From NCBI RefSeq assembly GCF_036321535.1, contig NC_087436.1:47370001-47434000 (forward strand): DNA of 64,000 bases, written 5' to 3'. This stretch comes from Camelus dromedarius. Its lineage: Eukaryota. The notes under the pieces were generated by a model, which had not been told where the DNA came from, did no database searches, and was given only the letters and a program-made list of their open reading frames with translations. Made by a program: the position numbers and the translations under genes. Below, in pieces: positions 13,372 to 26,789 of the stretch; position 1 is the first letter of the stretch, and every line of letters starts with the position of its first letter.

Positions 13372-14237
13372 TTTTATTGGTTAAATAAAATAGTTAATTA
13401 CTAAGTGCAGATTTTTCCATCATAATTCTGATTAACAAACATTTATAGTACCTCTAATTTGATGTCCAGATGAAACGACTTTTTTTATACAAGTGTGTAA
13501 ATATCACACACATATGCAGATGAAAACACGCACAGAGTGAGGAAAAGTGGAATAAATATACCAAAGATTTTGTTCATCTTGGTCTCTTTCTCTTTAGATA
13601 AAATGACCTGTTTAGGGTTTGATGAGAGGTGAAATGTATTTGCATATATTTTAATGTATTTTTTGTTTCATCCAGGTTTACTCTTGAATGCAACAGAGAA
13701 TTATTTTGCTGTTTCTTGCATCCCAGTGTTTGGAGGTATCATAGAGTTAGCTGCCTTAATTTTGTTTCTTTTTAATATGTGTGGCTTCACTCTCCTCAGG
13801 TTTGACCCTTCAGTTTTTTTCCTATATCTAACTATTCCAGGTTAAATACCGGGTGAACACACATTTAATAGTGGAGTAACACAAGTTCAGGCAGACTTGC
13901 ACCTCTCTGTCTCCGGTAAGAATTTATGAGCTCTATCAAGGAACAATGGTACCCTGCTTTACTTTGTTCATCTTTTAGCTTGCAGTACCTAGTTTTAACT
14001 GTCCTTTGTCTTCTGATCACAAATCATATCCCACTATACTTATCTTAGGAGCAACTGTTGTGTTGAAGGAAACAGATCACTATCACTAATTTAAACCTAA
14101 ATTTACTTCAGAGGAAATATTTCATTAAATGTACTGTATCTGAATACACCAAGAATCTAGTTCTGGAGTTGTGTTTCAGCATAAATTAAAAAATGAGACA
14201 CAAATCAGTGCCCTGGAGAAACTACAGACATAAGCAC

Positions 14238-15039
14238 TGTCTTAGTCTGTTCAGGTGGTTGTAACAAAATACCTCAGACTGAGTGGCTTATAAACAGCAG
14301 ACATTTATTTCTCACAGTTGTGGAGGCTGGGAAGTCTAAGATCAGGGCACCAGCAGGGCTCAGTTCTGATGAGGGCCCTCTTCCTGGTTCATAGCTGGTG
14401 TCTTCTCACTGTGTCCTCTTGTGGTTGAAGGCCCTTTGGATCCCTCTGGGGTCTCTTTTATAAGGCACTAATCCCATTCATGAGGGTTCCACCCTATGAA
14501 ATTAAAGAACCTGAGCTAAAACTGGAGTTAGGACAGGCCTGTAGGGGGAGCTCTCACGCTCTGCCATACATCATCAATTACTCCAGATAGAAAGAGATTT
14601 CTGCTTATATCTCCAACTGGAAAGTACCTCTATGTTATCACCTAGTAAGAAGAAGAAACCTTCTCTCCGCCCGTGACAGCCCAGCCAATCTGAGAGTGTA
14701 GCAGCCCAACCAGTGGAAATCCTCCACACTTTGGACTCCAAGCTTCCTCAAATGGACTCCTTGATTATCACAGCCATTCCCAACTCCTTTTCCCTACAAG
14801 GCAATTTCCCCTTCCTTGCTCTCTGGATTTGCCTATGGTCCACCATAGTTCCCAAATCCTGAGTTGTAATTCATCTGATATTTCTGAAAAAACTCAGTTT
14901 TGCTGGTAATATAATTGGCTATTATATTTTTAAAGTTGTCAACCCTCATGGCCTAATGCCCCACCCCTAACACCATCACTTTGGAATTAGAATTCAACAT
15001 ATGAATTTGGCAGGGGACACAAATACCCAGTCCATAGCA
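14238..15039 (-). mobile_element. MaLR solo LTR (MLT1A-like), split by an ERV LTR
   Basis: tgtcttagtctgttcagg...ggaggctgggaagtctaagatc...; resumes at 14942 and ends gacacaaatacccagtccatagca. Confidence 0.85.
14495..14941 (+). mobile_element. ERV1-type solo LTR (~447 bp; family uncertain, possibly MER89/90-like)
   Basis: Interrupts the MLT1 exactly; 4-bp TSD accc (14491-14494 / 14942-14945); ends in CA; CCAAT box inside. Confidence 0.7.
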
Positions 15040-16209
15040 AATACTATGACACGTTAATTTGAAGAGTGGAAGTTTTGTCTTTGAGCCTCCATGACGCCTC
15101 CCTTTCTTCTAGTTTTTCTTTTAACAATATTAACTTTGTATTTTATTGGACATAATGTTATTAGTGTGTCTTTTCATACTATCTTGAAATGTGTTCCTAT
15201 AATTCCAGAATAAAAACTTACTCTCAAATATTTGGATTCTTGTTCTATAACTCTTGCTTTAGTGACTTTGTATACTAAAATATCCAAATGGAATAATCTT
15301 TGTGTGAATATCTGGAAATCATGCTACAATGAAGTTAACCAAGAATACAGCTTTTATGTTAAGAGTGAAGAGCTTGATTTAGGATCCTGTGCATCTTATG
15401 TTGCTAGATTGTTAACCTAGAAAGGAGCAAATCCTGAAATGGAGAGGATTTCTTGATATTACAGCATAGGAACACAACATCTGGGCTTCTGACTGGCTTG
15501 TGTAAAATAAATGTGTGGGCTTCTCAGAACACCATCTCACAAAAACTCAGAATGTGACCTACGTAGTATTCTGGACATCTACGGAGGAAAAGATTAGGGG
15601 TGAGAGGAAGAAGGGAAGGGGAAAGGAGGAGGAGGAAAGGAAGATAACTGCGTTTAATTGAACATTTTATCTTCTTAGGGTAAATACTGAGTATCCCCAA
15701 GCTTGTAAATAACAGGATAATGTTCCCTCACTGAAATTAGGGCCTTGTTTTTATGTCATGAATTTATAATTTCCTAACTGCTATTGATATTTGTTGCAGC
15801 CTAAACAAGCTGATGTGCTTTCAAATTAGATTTGCCTATTATAAACTAATGGATGTCTCAGGTTCAATCAGTTTTTCCTTATTTCCTTATTGTATGAAAG
15901 TATTTTAATTTTGTTTACTGCAAGAAGTATGCACAATTGAATTGCTTCTCTGTGATTAAATATTTCATAACTTCCCTTATTTGATTTGTAATTTTTTACT
16001 GATAATGTGGTCATTTTCAAAAGTAAAGGAATTCAAATGATTGTAGTAAACAGTGAAATTATTTAAGTATTTAGAAATAACTATCTAATGTATTTCCTCT
16101 AAAATGAGTCATTTCTGAAGCAGACACATGCATTTATAAATATAGTTTAGGCACAATATATAAAGTTTATGCAGTATTTTTTCCAAAACAGTTAACATAT
16201 TTTTTGTTT

Positions 16210-16730
16210 ACCTATCATTGTTTGAAAATTTACTTCAAAACTTATTGGCTTAAAACAACAACCATTTTGTTATGCCTCATTTTCGTGGGTTGGGATTTGG
16301 CTGTGGCTTGTTGATTCACTACTAAGACAGGACTGGAATATCCAGGATGGCCACTTCACTCACTTCTGCCACTTGGGCTAGGATGGACTGAATGATGGGT
16401 CTGGCTGGAATGGCTCTCCTAGAGTCAGATATTTGGGGCTTTTGTTCCCCCTGCTGGTTGGGTTCCTTGGTCTTTTCCAGGTAACATCAGAACCTCTCTT
16501 TCTCCAAGTGGCCTCTCCACATAGCTCTTCTGACAAGGTGGCCAGACTTCTTAAATTGTCAGGTGTAAGCTGGAACTGACACACAGTCACTTCTGCACAT
16601 CCTGTTGGCTAAAGTAAGTCACCGGGTCAGCCTGGGTTCAGTGTGGGAGAGGACTACACAGGGTGCAGGATGCGTGGTTGGTTCATCAGGGGAGAGGACG
16701 TACCTTGAGGAGTTTGGCTACTTCAGTCCA
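16210..16730 (-). mobile_element. Old MaLR LTR (MLT1F/G/H-like)
   Basis: ggcttaaaacaacaaccattt...gtcacttctgcac...ttggctaaagtaagtcac. Confidence 0.6.
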
Positions 16731-17085
16731 TGTGTCCCCTTGACTGCTCAAGGGTAAAACTGAATATTTCTCTGGGTGTATTCTTTGTGTTGTCTGAGGC
16801 TTAAGAAATGACTTTCAGAAAAAGAGCTCCTAGCTTAATAAATCTGGGAGACAATGCAAATGATAGTCCTCCTCTCGGGTTTATAAAGGCATACTAAAAT
16901 CAGTAAGGATTTTGCAGTATAAAAATATATTTACTTCATTTAACCTGACATTTCCCAAACATTTAAGTGCATAGAACTATGCCTGACACTTAGTAATCAC
17001 TTATAAATATTTGTTGAATGAGATTTATCATGGGCCCCTTTTCCACAAAACATGTGTAGAAATTAGAAACAATTGGTGTTTCTAA

Positions 17086-17380
17086 CAGAAACGGACTCAT
17101 TGATATAGAATACAAACTTGTGGTTGCCAAGGGGGCCAGGGGGGCGGTGGAAGGGACAGACTGTGATTTCAAAATGTAGAATAGATAAACAAGATTACAC
17201 AGCATAGCACAGGGAAATATATACAAGATCTTATGGTAGCTCACAGTGAAAAAAATGTGACAATGAATACATATATGTTCATGTGTAACTGAAAAATTGT
17301 GCTCTACACTGGAATTTGACACAACATTGTGAAATGACTATAACTCAATAAAAAAAATGTTAAAAAAAGAAAAAAGAAAG
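17086..17380 (+). mobile_element. Young 5'-truncated LINE1 3' end
   Basis: cagaaacggactc...gactataactcaataaaaaaaa A-rich tail; perfect 15-bp TSD aattggtgtttctaa (17071-17085 / 17381-17395). Confidence 0.9.
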
Positions 17381-18779
17381 AATTGGTGTTTCTAAAGGAA
17401 GGGACTTTGTGAAAAACAGGTCTATTATGTAAGAAAGGCATATGTGAATCTAAGTTTCTTCCTGACCTACAAGCCCCATCTAGGTGCTTCCTAATGAATT
17501 AATTGTTGGGTGTTAGTCTGTGTGACCCCATCTCCTGGGTGCAGGTGACCAGACTCGAGTGGGCACCTGACCCAAAGGAAGGCTGGCCAGCAACTTAAAA
17601 GATAAACTGGCACAAGAGCTTTTACCAAAATTAATCTAAATTGGATTGTGATAAGCAGACCAAATTAGATCCTGTCCCTTGGGTAGCTTGAATGTGGGAA
17701 AATCAGTCAGTTAGTGGTAGGGGTAGGAGCAGTAGGAGCAGAAGCAGAGAACACGTGAGGTTCCATTATATGGAGCCCTGCGATGCTGTCTTCATCATCC
17801 TGGCTGTGTGGCTATTGAAAGCACTTCCTATTTCCTTTCTTCCCCCATCTTTAGAATAAAACCCCATTAACTGAGGTAGCCCAACTATGTCCCCACATTT
17901 TACTGTCTGGAAGAGTCTAATACATTATGTCAGGGAGAGAGGACTTATGCTGTCTTATTCAGAATGAGAACACACTATTCAATTATCTACTCAGGGGAGA
18001 AGTGCCACTATGACATGGCCCTTAACAAGCATGCAAATTTAGTGGGAACTTCTACTAGTGGCCCCAACAATAAGTAGAATGACAGGGTAGGCTGGTAAAC
18101 CAATTGCTCAGTAAGCTTTTTCAACTGTTGTAGGAAACTCTGGTTAACAGCTACAGAAGAAACTGATGTTAACAGAATTTTTCTGTAAAGGATCTCAGAA
18201 ATATATTCTGAAAATTACTTCTGGGCATGTTATTTCCCCCCACTGACCACCAGAAAGGAATGATGAGGAAATTAATTATGGAAGAAAGGTGACAGGTGGA
18301 AGGAGAGAGCACATGGATACCAGTGAAGCTGGAACTGTTGTGCCAAGTTTAGCTCACTACTAAGGCAGAGCAGTTCTACGGAACAATGCAAAACCAGGAG
18401 AAATGTTCTGCTGGCCTCTAGTCTGTCTATGGTAGAGTCAGCATGCAGTCACCCACTAGGGTATTTATTTGGAGGGAGTGGTGAAGAGTAGGGAACAGCA
18501 CCCAGAAAATTCAGCGAAATTCAGCTAAGTCCACAGAAATGCCAGGTCTAAAATGTCAGTGAGAAGGGGTAGAATATTGACAACTGAACACCAAGTCAGT
18601 CAGTGGGCAGTGCTGCATTTTACATGAGGGAGAAGAAATTAAGTTGCGACGCCAGAAGTAAACAGAATTTGCCTGTTGTTGTCTGAGCAAGCTCAGTGGA
18701 TGGTGAGTGGTGGGTGGTGAGTATTTGGGGATTTAGCACAAGAGAGAAACATGTTTGCTTTGGGGTGTCAGGATTCTTT

Positions 18780-19885
18780 TTTTCAAACAGTCTTTATTTC
18801 TTGGAATAATTGTATATTTACAGAAAAATTAAGCAGATGGTACAGAGAGTTTGCAAATACCCCCACACCCAGTTTTCCCTATTGTTAACATTTACCTTTC
18901 TATGATACAATGTTACACTTAATGAACAAATGCTGATATATCATTATTAAAGTTCACAGTTGATTCAGATTTCCTTAGTTTTTACTTATTTTCTTTTTGA
19001 GCTCCGGAGTCCCATCCAGGACACCACATTGCAATTAGTTGTCAGGTCTCCTTAAGCTTCTTTTGGCTGTGACAGTTTCTTAGACTTCTTTTGTTTCTGA
19101 TGACCTTGACAGTTTCGGCTACTGCCCAGGTATTTTGTAGGTTATTCCTCTATTGGAGTTTGTCTCATGATTCGATTGGAGCCATGGGTTTTTGGAGGAA
19201 GAGCACAAAGGTAAAGAGGTAAACAGCACATCACTGTTGATGTCGATCTTGATTACCTGTCTCAGGTAGTATTTGTCAAGTTTATTCACTGTAAGGTTAC
19301 TCTTTTTCTCTCCATTTCCATAATGTACATTTGGGAAGAAGAGTGCCCAGCCCACATTTAAAGAGTGATGACTTATGGTCCCTTTCCTTGAGAGTCGAGT
19401 ATCTACATAAATTATTTGGAATTCTTCTGCATGGAGATTTGTCTCTTCTCCCACTTATTTATTTATTCAATCATTTATTTATATCAATATGGACTCACAA
19501 ATATTTATTTTGTACTTATGATAATCCAATACTACTTTATTTTGTCACTCAAATTGTTCCAGCTTTGGCCATTGGGAACTCTTTCATTTGGTTCCTATGC
19601 TCTTTTGACAGACCTACATGAATGTGATATTTTGTTGTTTTGTTTTGTTTTTGTTTTCTGTACTTTCTTACTTTCTGATACTATAGGATGTTTCAGGCTC
19701 ATCTTGTACATTCCTTCACTAGTCCTAAAATCAGCCATTATTCCAAGGAAACTTGGTTATTTTTACTGGAAGTGTCATTAGAAACCAAGATCTGGGCATT
19801 AGATATGCTTGTTAATATGAGTGGGGTGTTATTTCTTTTGAGTCCTCTCAGCCGACAGAGCAAAGAAATAGACATGCACATACCA

Positions 19886-19944
<59 letters not shown>

Positions 19945-20325
19945 CTGTAAGTATTTCTACATATAATCATCTATATATATAATCATCTATATATATAATA
20001 AGCTATACATGAGTTTTTACTAATGTCTCCAATTGTAATCCATTACCAAATGAACCATTATAGCCTCTTCCAAACCCTCATCCCTCGCTTAACTGATCCT
20101 ACTACAACAGTGAGGAACCTGGTTCCTACTTTGTGCCATCCATTTACTTAATTGTTCAATTCCATTGTATGTGTACAGTAGCATCAGAATTATTAACCTG
20201 TACACTCATGCGAATGACTTTATCAACTAGAGTACAGTGGTTGTATACAGTTCCTTTTGCCTTTGGTTTTACAGATTCCACTCTTTTCCAAATTTACTTG
20301 GTTCAGTACCCCATTTCTCTTTAGT
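18780..20325 (-). mobile_element. LINE1 3' UTR (L1MD/MC-like)
   Basis: cccatccaggacaccacattgc..., gatgaccttgacagttt, ttgttccagctttggccattgggaactctttca. Confidence 0.8.
19888..19937. repeat. (TA)25 microsatellite
   Basis: Uninterrupted 50-bp TA run. Confidence 0.97.
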
Positions 20326-20329
20326 GACA

Positions 20330-22640
20330 TTGTAAGGAAATAAAAAGGATGGAGAAGTAAATTTACAGATTAAAGTAGTTTTAAAGACCTGGTATATTTT
20401 TTAAATTGGTGTGATTAACAGTATCTAAGGATATATATTTAAATGGTGAAACAAAACAAAATTTAAAAAAAGCAAATAAGTTATGACTATAACAATAACC
20501 ACATAAACAGCAACTTCTGATTCTGGGCAGATAAAGTGTCAGAGATTGGATGTATTATCCCACCTGAAATAGTTAAAAAAAACCCTCAAAACTCAACAAA
20601 ATAATATATGAAACAATGATTTTCAGACATTAGATACCAGGCAGTTTAGGGCAGTGATCACTGAAATACGGGGAAATAAATAAGGTAAGCCCTATAATTG
20701 CCTCAGCTCTACTACCTGGAGAGAGTTCTAAGGTTACAGTGAAGGAAGGGGGAAGTCCTTAACAGGAGTCCCCCTGAGTGAAGGAGACGGAGCTGGGAAT
20801 AAGGGAGACAAAGCAGAGTGCTAGAGAGGAGAGAGATACTATAGAGAAAGCTTCAGAGGTGGCAGAGCGTCTACCTGAGCATACAGGCAAGCGAGGAAAC
20901 TAATGTAGGACAGAGAAAAACACCACCTAAAAGGAGCAGAGGGGAAAATGTCTGGAGTTCATACCTAGCAGGAATAGTGCTGCCACTAGCCAGAGTAGAA
21001 AACCTTGGCATTGGGCAAAATGGTGTTCTGAGTGGTAGGGTACCATGAACAAAAGGTTGCTTGGGTATCACCTGATGATGCTAAAAACAAGCCTTGAAAG
21101 GATCAAACTGTTTCCAAGTAACTTAACTGTGACCCAGAATAAAGTTCAAGAACATTTGTAGGAATACAAAAGTATGCAGCATTCAATGAGGTAAAATTCA
21201 CAATATCAGGGGTCTAATAAGGAGGAAAAGAGGTTGGAAGAGGGAAGATACGTCATATAATGAGAAAAATGAATCAATACAAAAAGATATAAATACAAAT
21301 AATAAAATTAGTAGATAAGGACATTAAGCAGTTACATTACATATATTTAAACATGTAGGGGAAAGACTTCTCATGTTAAATGGAGGCATGGAAGGTATAT
21401 TAAAAAAAAAAAAAAAAGACCCATGTCGAACTCCTACAGATGTAAAGTAAAATGTTTGAGATGGACTAGATATAGAATTTTCAAAATTCAGTTAATAAGA
21501 GAACAAACAACTCAGTTAGAAAATAGGCAAAAGATCTGATCAGACCCTTAACCAAAGAATCTATACAAACAGAAAACAAGCACATGAAAAGATGTTTAAC
21601 ATCACTAGTCATTAGGGAAGTGCAAATTAAAACCACAATGAGATACCACTGCATACTACAGCAATGACTAAAATTAAAAGACCATCCATACCAAGTATTG
21701 GCAAGGATGTGGAGCAACTACAATTCTCATATGCTGCTGGCAGGAATGTAAATTTGTACAACTACTTTGAAAAATGGTTTTGGCAGGTTTTCAAAAAATT
21801 AAACATATATCTACCATATGGCTCAGCCATTCCTCTCCTAAGTATTTACCCAGGGGAAAAGAAAGCATTTGTCTACACAAAGACTTGTATGTGAATGATC
21901 ATGGCAGCTTTATCTGCAATAGCCCCAAAATGAAATTACCCAAATATCCATCAAACAGGTGAATAAACAAATTATGGTATATCCATATGTCGAGAGTTTA
22001 GCTAAGCTACTCAATGGTACTGCTGTCTCAGCATCATCTTGTGCGGCCAAGTGGCCTTGGGGGCACAGAGGGGTTTAAACTGACACTAGCTCCATCATGC
22101 AAGCACATGCCCCAGAAAACAGCTTGCAGGGTCACCAGCAACTAACTCCCCCAGTAGCCTTGTGATCAAGTCTCCCCTGCCTCCCAAGGCCTTTCCTGGT
22201 GGGCCTGTTAGATAACCCCCCCACCCCATGGAGCTTAACAAAACCTCATTCTTTTTGGTTTGAATTAACCAATACAGCCTTAGCTCCGAAGCACCCACCC
22301 ACTGACGCTAATAAAGGCATGTGCCCCAGGCCCTGCCTCTTTCTCTGCCTGCACCCTGCCATGTGGTCCCTCAAGATGTGCCATGTACTTTGCTCAGGAC
22401 CTGTATAAGTAATAAGCTTTTCTATTTCAACTTCTCTTGTAGTCTGTAGTTGAGCCACAAGTCACCATCCAGCACCCTATGCTTCACTTAACAAATGTTA
22501 ATTTGACAAAGGCATAACAACATACAATGAAATACTAATCATCAATAAAATGGAATGAACTATTGATAAACAACACGGATGAACCTCAATAATTACACTG
22601 AAAGAATGTAGGGAAAAGAATATATGGTGTGTTTGGTGTT
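20330..22640 (+). mobile_element. Old LINE1 fragments (5' region ~20.5-21.45 kb; ORF2 3' end 21.48-22.64 kb), interrupted by an LTR
   Basis: ORF2 C-terminal relics (aagcacatgaaaagatgtt...gcaaattaaaaccacaatgagataccac; YLPYGSAIPLLSIYP in the ORF track). Confidence 0.8.
21988..22519 (+). mobile_element. ERVL-type solo LTR (~532 bp; MER73/74/54-like)
   Basis: TG...CA termini; 5-bp TSD ccata/acata; splits the L1 phrase atggtatatccata|caatg. Confidence 0.75.
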
Positions 22641-24342
22641 GCACCCATTACTTACTATTTTAGCTACTTTATTTTTTTTTTAATTTAAAAAATTTATTTT
22701 TATTTATTTATTTATTTATTTATTTAGCTACTTTAACATACAAAACTACTTAACACAATGCTTTCCATATAGTAAGGTACTTGAAGACAGTTTGTGGGTT
22801 TGATTAAATTATTATTTTCAGATACAGATGACACACAAATTAAGAACCTATAATAATTTTAGAGGAAGAATCTTTTGAGATAAATTTATCCAATTACCCC
22901 ACCACCCACCCCTTGAAGTTACATGATTTACCCAAGGTTCATATAATTAGTAGAAAACCTAGAATTCTGGCAACTTGTTTCCACTCACTCTGAAGATCTT
23001 CTTTAATTATGAATGAGCCATCATTTCAAAACATAATAATTTTTACTAATTGGTCCTATGAAATTCACTATTTGGGGGCTTTTTTTTTTCTGAGAAAAAA
23101 ACTGATGACAGTGTTAACCACAAGGAAATGCTTCAGATGAAATTGATAAGTGATGCTTCAAGGATTCTTTCAGACCTGTTTCAGTGAATTCAGTGAAATT
23201 CCCCGTAATGGAGAAGATAAGCTTTTCCATATCTTCATACATCTTCTCCATACAAAAATGTGGAGAAAACGGAACTGCCTTGACTAGAGGAGTCATTTTC
23301 TCTACAGACTGACTTAGAAATCTTCTGGCAAGCCCCAGAGACTTGAAGTGATTAGGAAGAAAGGAATTTTTTTTTGAAACTGCAGTGATTCCTTTGAGAT
23401 GGAAACCAAATATACCTGGCTGCTTCCAAATCATCACACCAGTTTCTCAGTTGGTGAGGATTTAACAAGGGAGTGTGGAGGGTAAATGAGATCCTAATGG
23501 TTATTTACCTCTGGCTTGTGTGGCATCTGTTTAATTCCATTCAACCCAGATGAACTTCTGAGACTGATGCTCTGATATTACCAACATAAATGACTTACAA
23601 TATTACCAAGCTTATTTACTTAACTATGACTATCTTACTGAGAATACCTGAGTGTACCCAGGGGGTTAAAATACACTTTGCTTTGGATTTCCTAATTTTC
23701 ATAGCTCTTCAGTTTAGCTTAGAATATTTAATTTTCTTTTCAGTTTTGATGACATTTGAAATATACAGTTAAATTACGAGAGGGATCTTGATGCCTAAGA
23801 TTAATTACTTAGGTATAGATATTTAGGAATGCCAATTCATTATTTAGAACAATGGTTCTCAAAGTATGGTCCTCTCTCATTAACAGTCTTGCTTCATGCT
23901 TACATGGAAAATTAGGGCCTTCAATGGAAATTCCCTCTCTTTCCATCGCCTGTGTAAGTGAACTGGCATCTGTGCCCATCTTCCCCTTTTACTTTATTTT
24001 GCAGGAACTACGTACTTGGTATATACCTCCATGTCTTGAAATAATGGGTGTATTGCTCTTCTTGGTCTGTATATTTTAGGCAATATCTACTGGTTTCTCA
24101 CTATGGAAAATAAGGGTTTATCTCTTTTTCCTCTTCTGTCAGCATCATGCACACACATACTCACATACTCATACACTCATTTTATCCCCTCAACCTCTCC
24201 AGCTAGTCATACTGCAAACTTGTTAAGGTTTATATTCATAGTTTACATTATTATGACTAAATATGTATGACTGTGAGCTGAGCCATGTAGTAAAACTATT
24301 ATTTGCCTTCCTTCCAGCATGATATTTTGCCTCTGGAGACAG

Positions 24343-24424
24343 TTTCTCTTCTTCTTCTTCCTCCTCCTCCTCCTCCTCCTCCTCCTCCTCCTCCTCCCCC
24401 TCCCCCTCCTCCTCCTTCTTCTTT
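24343..24424. repeat. Polypyrimidine (CTT)n/(CCT)n compound microsatellite
   Basis: ~82 nt without a purine on the + strand. Confidence 0.95.
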
Positions 24425-24547
24425 AGTGGGCTAGTATGGTTTCCTTGGAAAAATTACTGTTTTTCCTCTTCTTAAAAAGAAATACTCTCATATAAAAGAG
24501 TACAGAAACATGTTTTAAAAAAAAAAAAAAACCACTTCATAAGTGGT

Positions 24548-25016
24548 TATAGCAAACACTTCTGGTGCCCCGTACACATCCCCTCAGCCTTTACTGTTGT
24601 GGAGCAAGACATGATGATTTTCATCTGTGAATACACTGCCATCTCTGGGTGAGGGCCTTTTTTGGTACTAGTATCCTCTCTACCGCTGTGCATTGCAATC
24701 CCAAAGCACCAGAGGATGCACACTCCCTGGGAGTAGTCCTTGATAATGACTGAAGGGAGCTGTATAGAAACCCTAGCTCTCTCTCTCAGGGGATATACTC
24801 TGAAGGACACGTTCAACACTGTTTCTCAGAGTTCCCCCAGTGGGATTAAGCTCCAGTTACCCACAATGGCTGCTTGATAGCACACTCTTTATTGACTTCC
24901 TCCTTGTTTCTGTATCACACCACTAATGGCGTTTCCTGTGATCATCTCCTGCATAAATGACTTGTACTCGAGTCCTTCTTTCCATGCTTGCTTTTTGAAC
25001 AACCCAAACTAAAACA
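24548..25016 (+). mobile_element. ERVL solo LTR (LTR16-like)
   Basis: cagagttcccccagtgggattaagctccagttacccaca...aacccaaactaaaaca. Confidence 0.75.
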
Positions 25017-25151
25017 ATAGTGCTGAGTATTTCCTATTATATCACATTTTAAGGTAAATGAAATTTTCTGTCCCAGTTTTAGAGGTGTTAATGTTGCTAG
25101 ATGCAGGTGGTGTCAGCCTGATCTCTCCATTATAAAATTCCTTTTTCTATC

Positions 25152-25673
25152 TGTATTAGTCAGGGTTCTCCAGAAAAAACAGAACCAGTAGTATAGTATA
25201 GAGAGATAGATAAGCATTTATTTACTATAAGGAATTGGCTTACGTGATTGTGGATGCTGAGAAGTCTCAAGATCTGCAGTCAGCAAGTGGGAGACCCAGG
25301 AGAGCTGATGGTGCAGTTCCAGACCAAGTCCAAAGGCCTGAGAACCAGGAGAGCTGATGGTGTATGTTCCCATCTGAGAGACAGCAAGCTGGAGATCCAA
25401 GAGCCAATGTTTCAGTTCATTTCTGAAGGCAAGAAAAGACCAAAGTCTCAGCTCAGGGAAGTAAGGCAGGAGGAGCTCTTTTTGTTCTGCTCAGACCTTC
25501 AACTGATTGGATGAGGACCACCTACATTATGGAGGGCAATCTACTTTACTCAGTCTACTGATTCAAATGTTAATCTCATCCAGAAACACTCACCAACACA
25601 TCCAGAACAATGTGTAACCAAATATCTGGGCACCCTGTGGCCCAGTTAAGCTGACACAAAATTAGCCATGACA
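25152..25673 (-). mobile_element. ERVL solo LTR (MLT2-like)
   Basis: tgtattagtcagggttctccaga...ggcctgagaaccagga...aaattagccatgaca. Confidence 0.88.
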
Positions 25674-26789
25674 CCATGTTTCACCTAATACTTACAGCAG
25701 CCAGTAATTGTTATTGCATGTATCAATTACCTCATCAGGTGTTTAACATGGTGATTTTTAAATGCCGATATTCCTTCTCCATTTATTAGCTAAAATTCTA
25801 TTGGTATGAACTTTTCTCTCATCAACTGTTTGATTACCTGGAAACATGGTTTGTACAGAAAGGGTGCAATAAATGTATCCTTTTTGATGACTTAGCTTTC
25901 TAAGTGGTTATCACTCATTTAATCCCAAACTGTCAGTTGTCTGAATTATTTTCAGTATGGTCATTCCCCTCAGGTGCTCTCATCATTTCATCTTCTTAAA
26001 TAAGGCTCTCCAAAGGCTTTCTGACTTCTTGAAGAGTATTCTGAATGATTATCCTCTAGACCTGGTACACAGCAGTCATCCTGGGATCTCCCTTCACTAT
26101 CAATTTGGGAATTCCCTCCAGCTATCTCCTGTTTTCTGGATGTCATGTTTTTCTTTCCATTTAGGTGGAGCATATTCTCCAATATTTCATTGAGAGTGCG
26201 AGTATGATAATTCTAAATTCTAGGTTGGAAATACTTTTCTTTCAGAGCTCTAAAGGTATTGTTTCACTTGTCTTCTAGATCTTGGTGTTTTTCTTGATAG
26301 CTTCAATTCTTTTTTACTCCTGATTCTTTGCTCATGAACTCTCCTTCTTCTCCTTGGATGCTTTTAGGATTTCCAAACAATTTCAGAGCACTGAGGAACA
26401 GTGTTTGGAAATTTCATAGTGCTGTGCTTTGTGTATCTGATTTTTATCTGCTGAACTGGACACTCAGAAAAGTCTCACGTCCTTCGGTTATAAGAAATTT
26501 TGTTGAAAATTTTCCTCGGTTATTTCCTCCTGTGGGTTTCTCTTTCTGGAACTCCTAATATTTGGATGCTAAATTTCCTGTACTATTCTTTCTTTAAAAA
26601 AATTCTCCTCTTTTTCTCATCTTTTGGGATTTTTGCTCTGCCTTCTGAAAGATATCTTCACCTTTTCTTTCACTCCTGCTATCTTGTTTCTAAATTCCAA
26701 GAGCCCAGTTTTGTTTCCCAAGTACTTATGGCATTGCCATTTCATTGATAAATAGTTCAATATGTATCTCTAAAATTACTCCTTTAAAA

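Noticed and set aside
23114..23437. 107-aa minus-strand ORF
   Set aside because: No recognisable domain, splice context or pseudogene hallmarks; length within chance expectation
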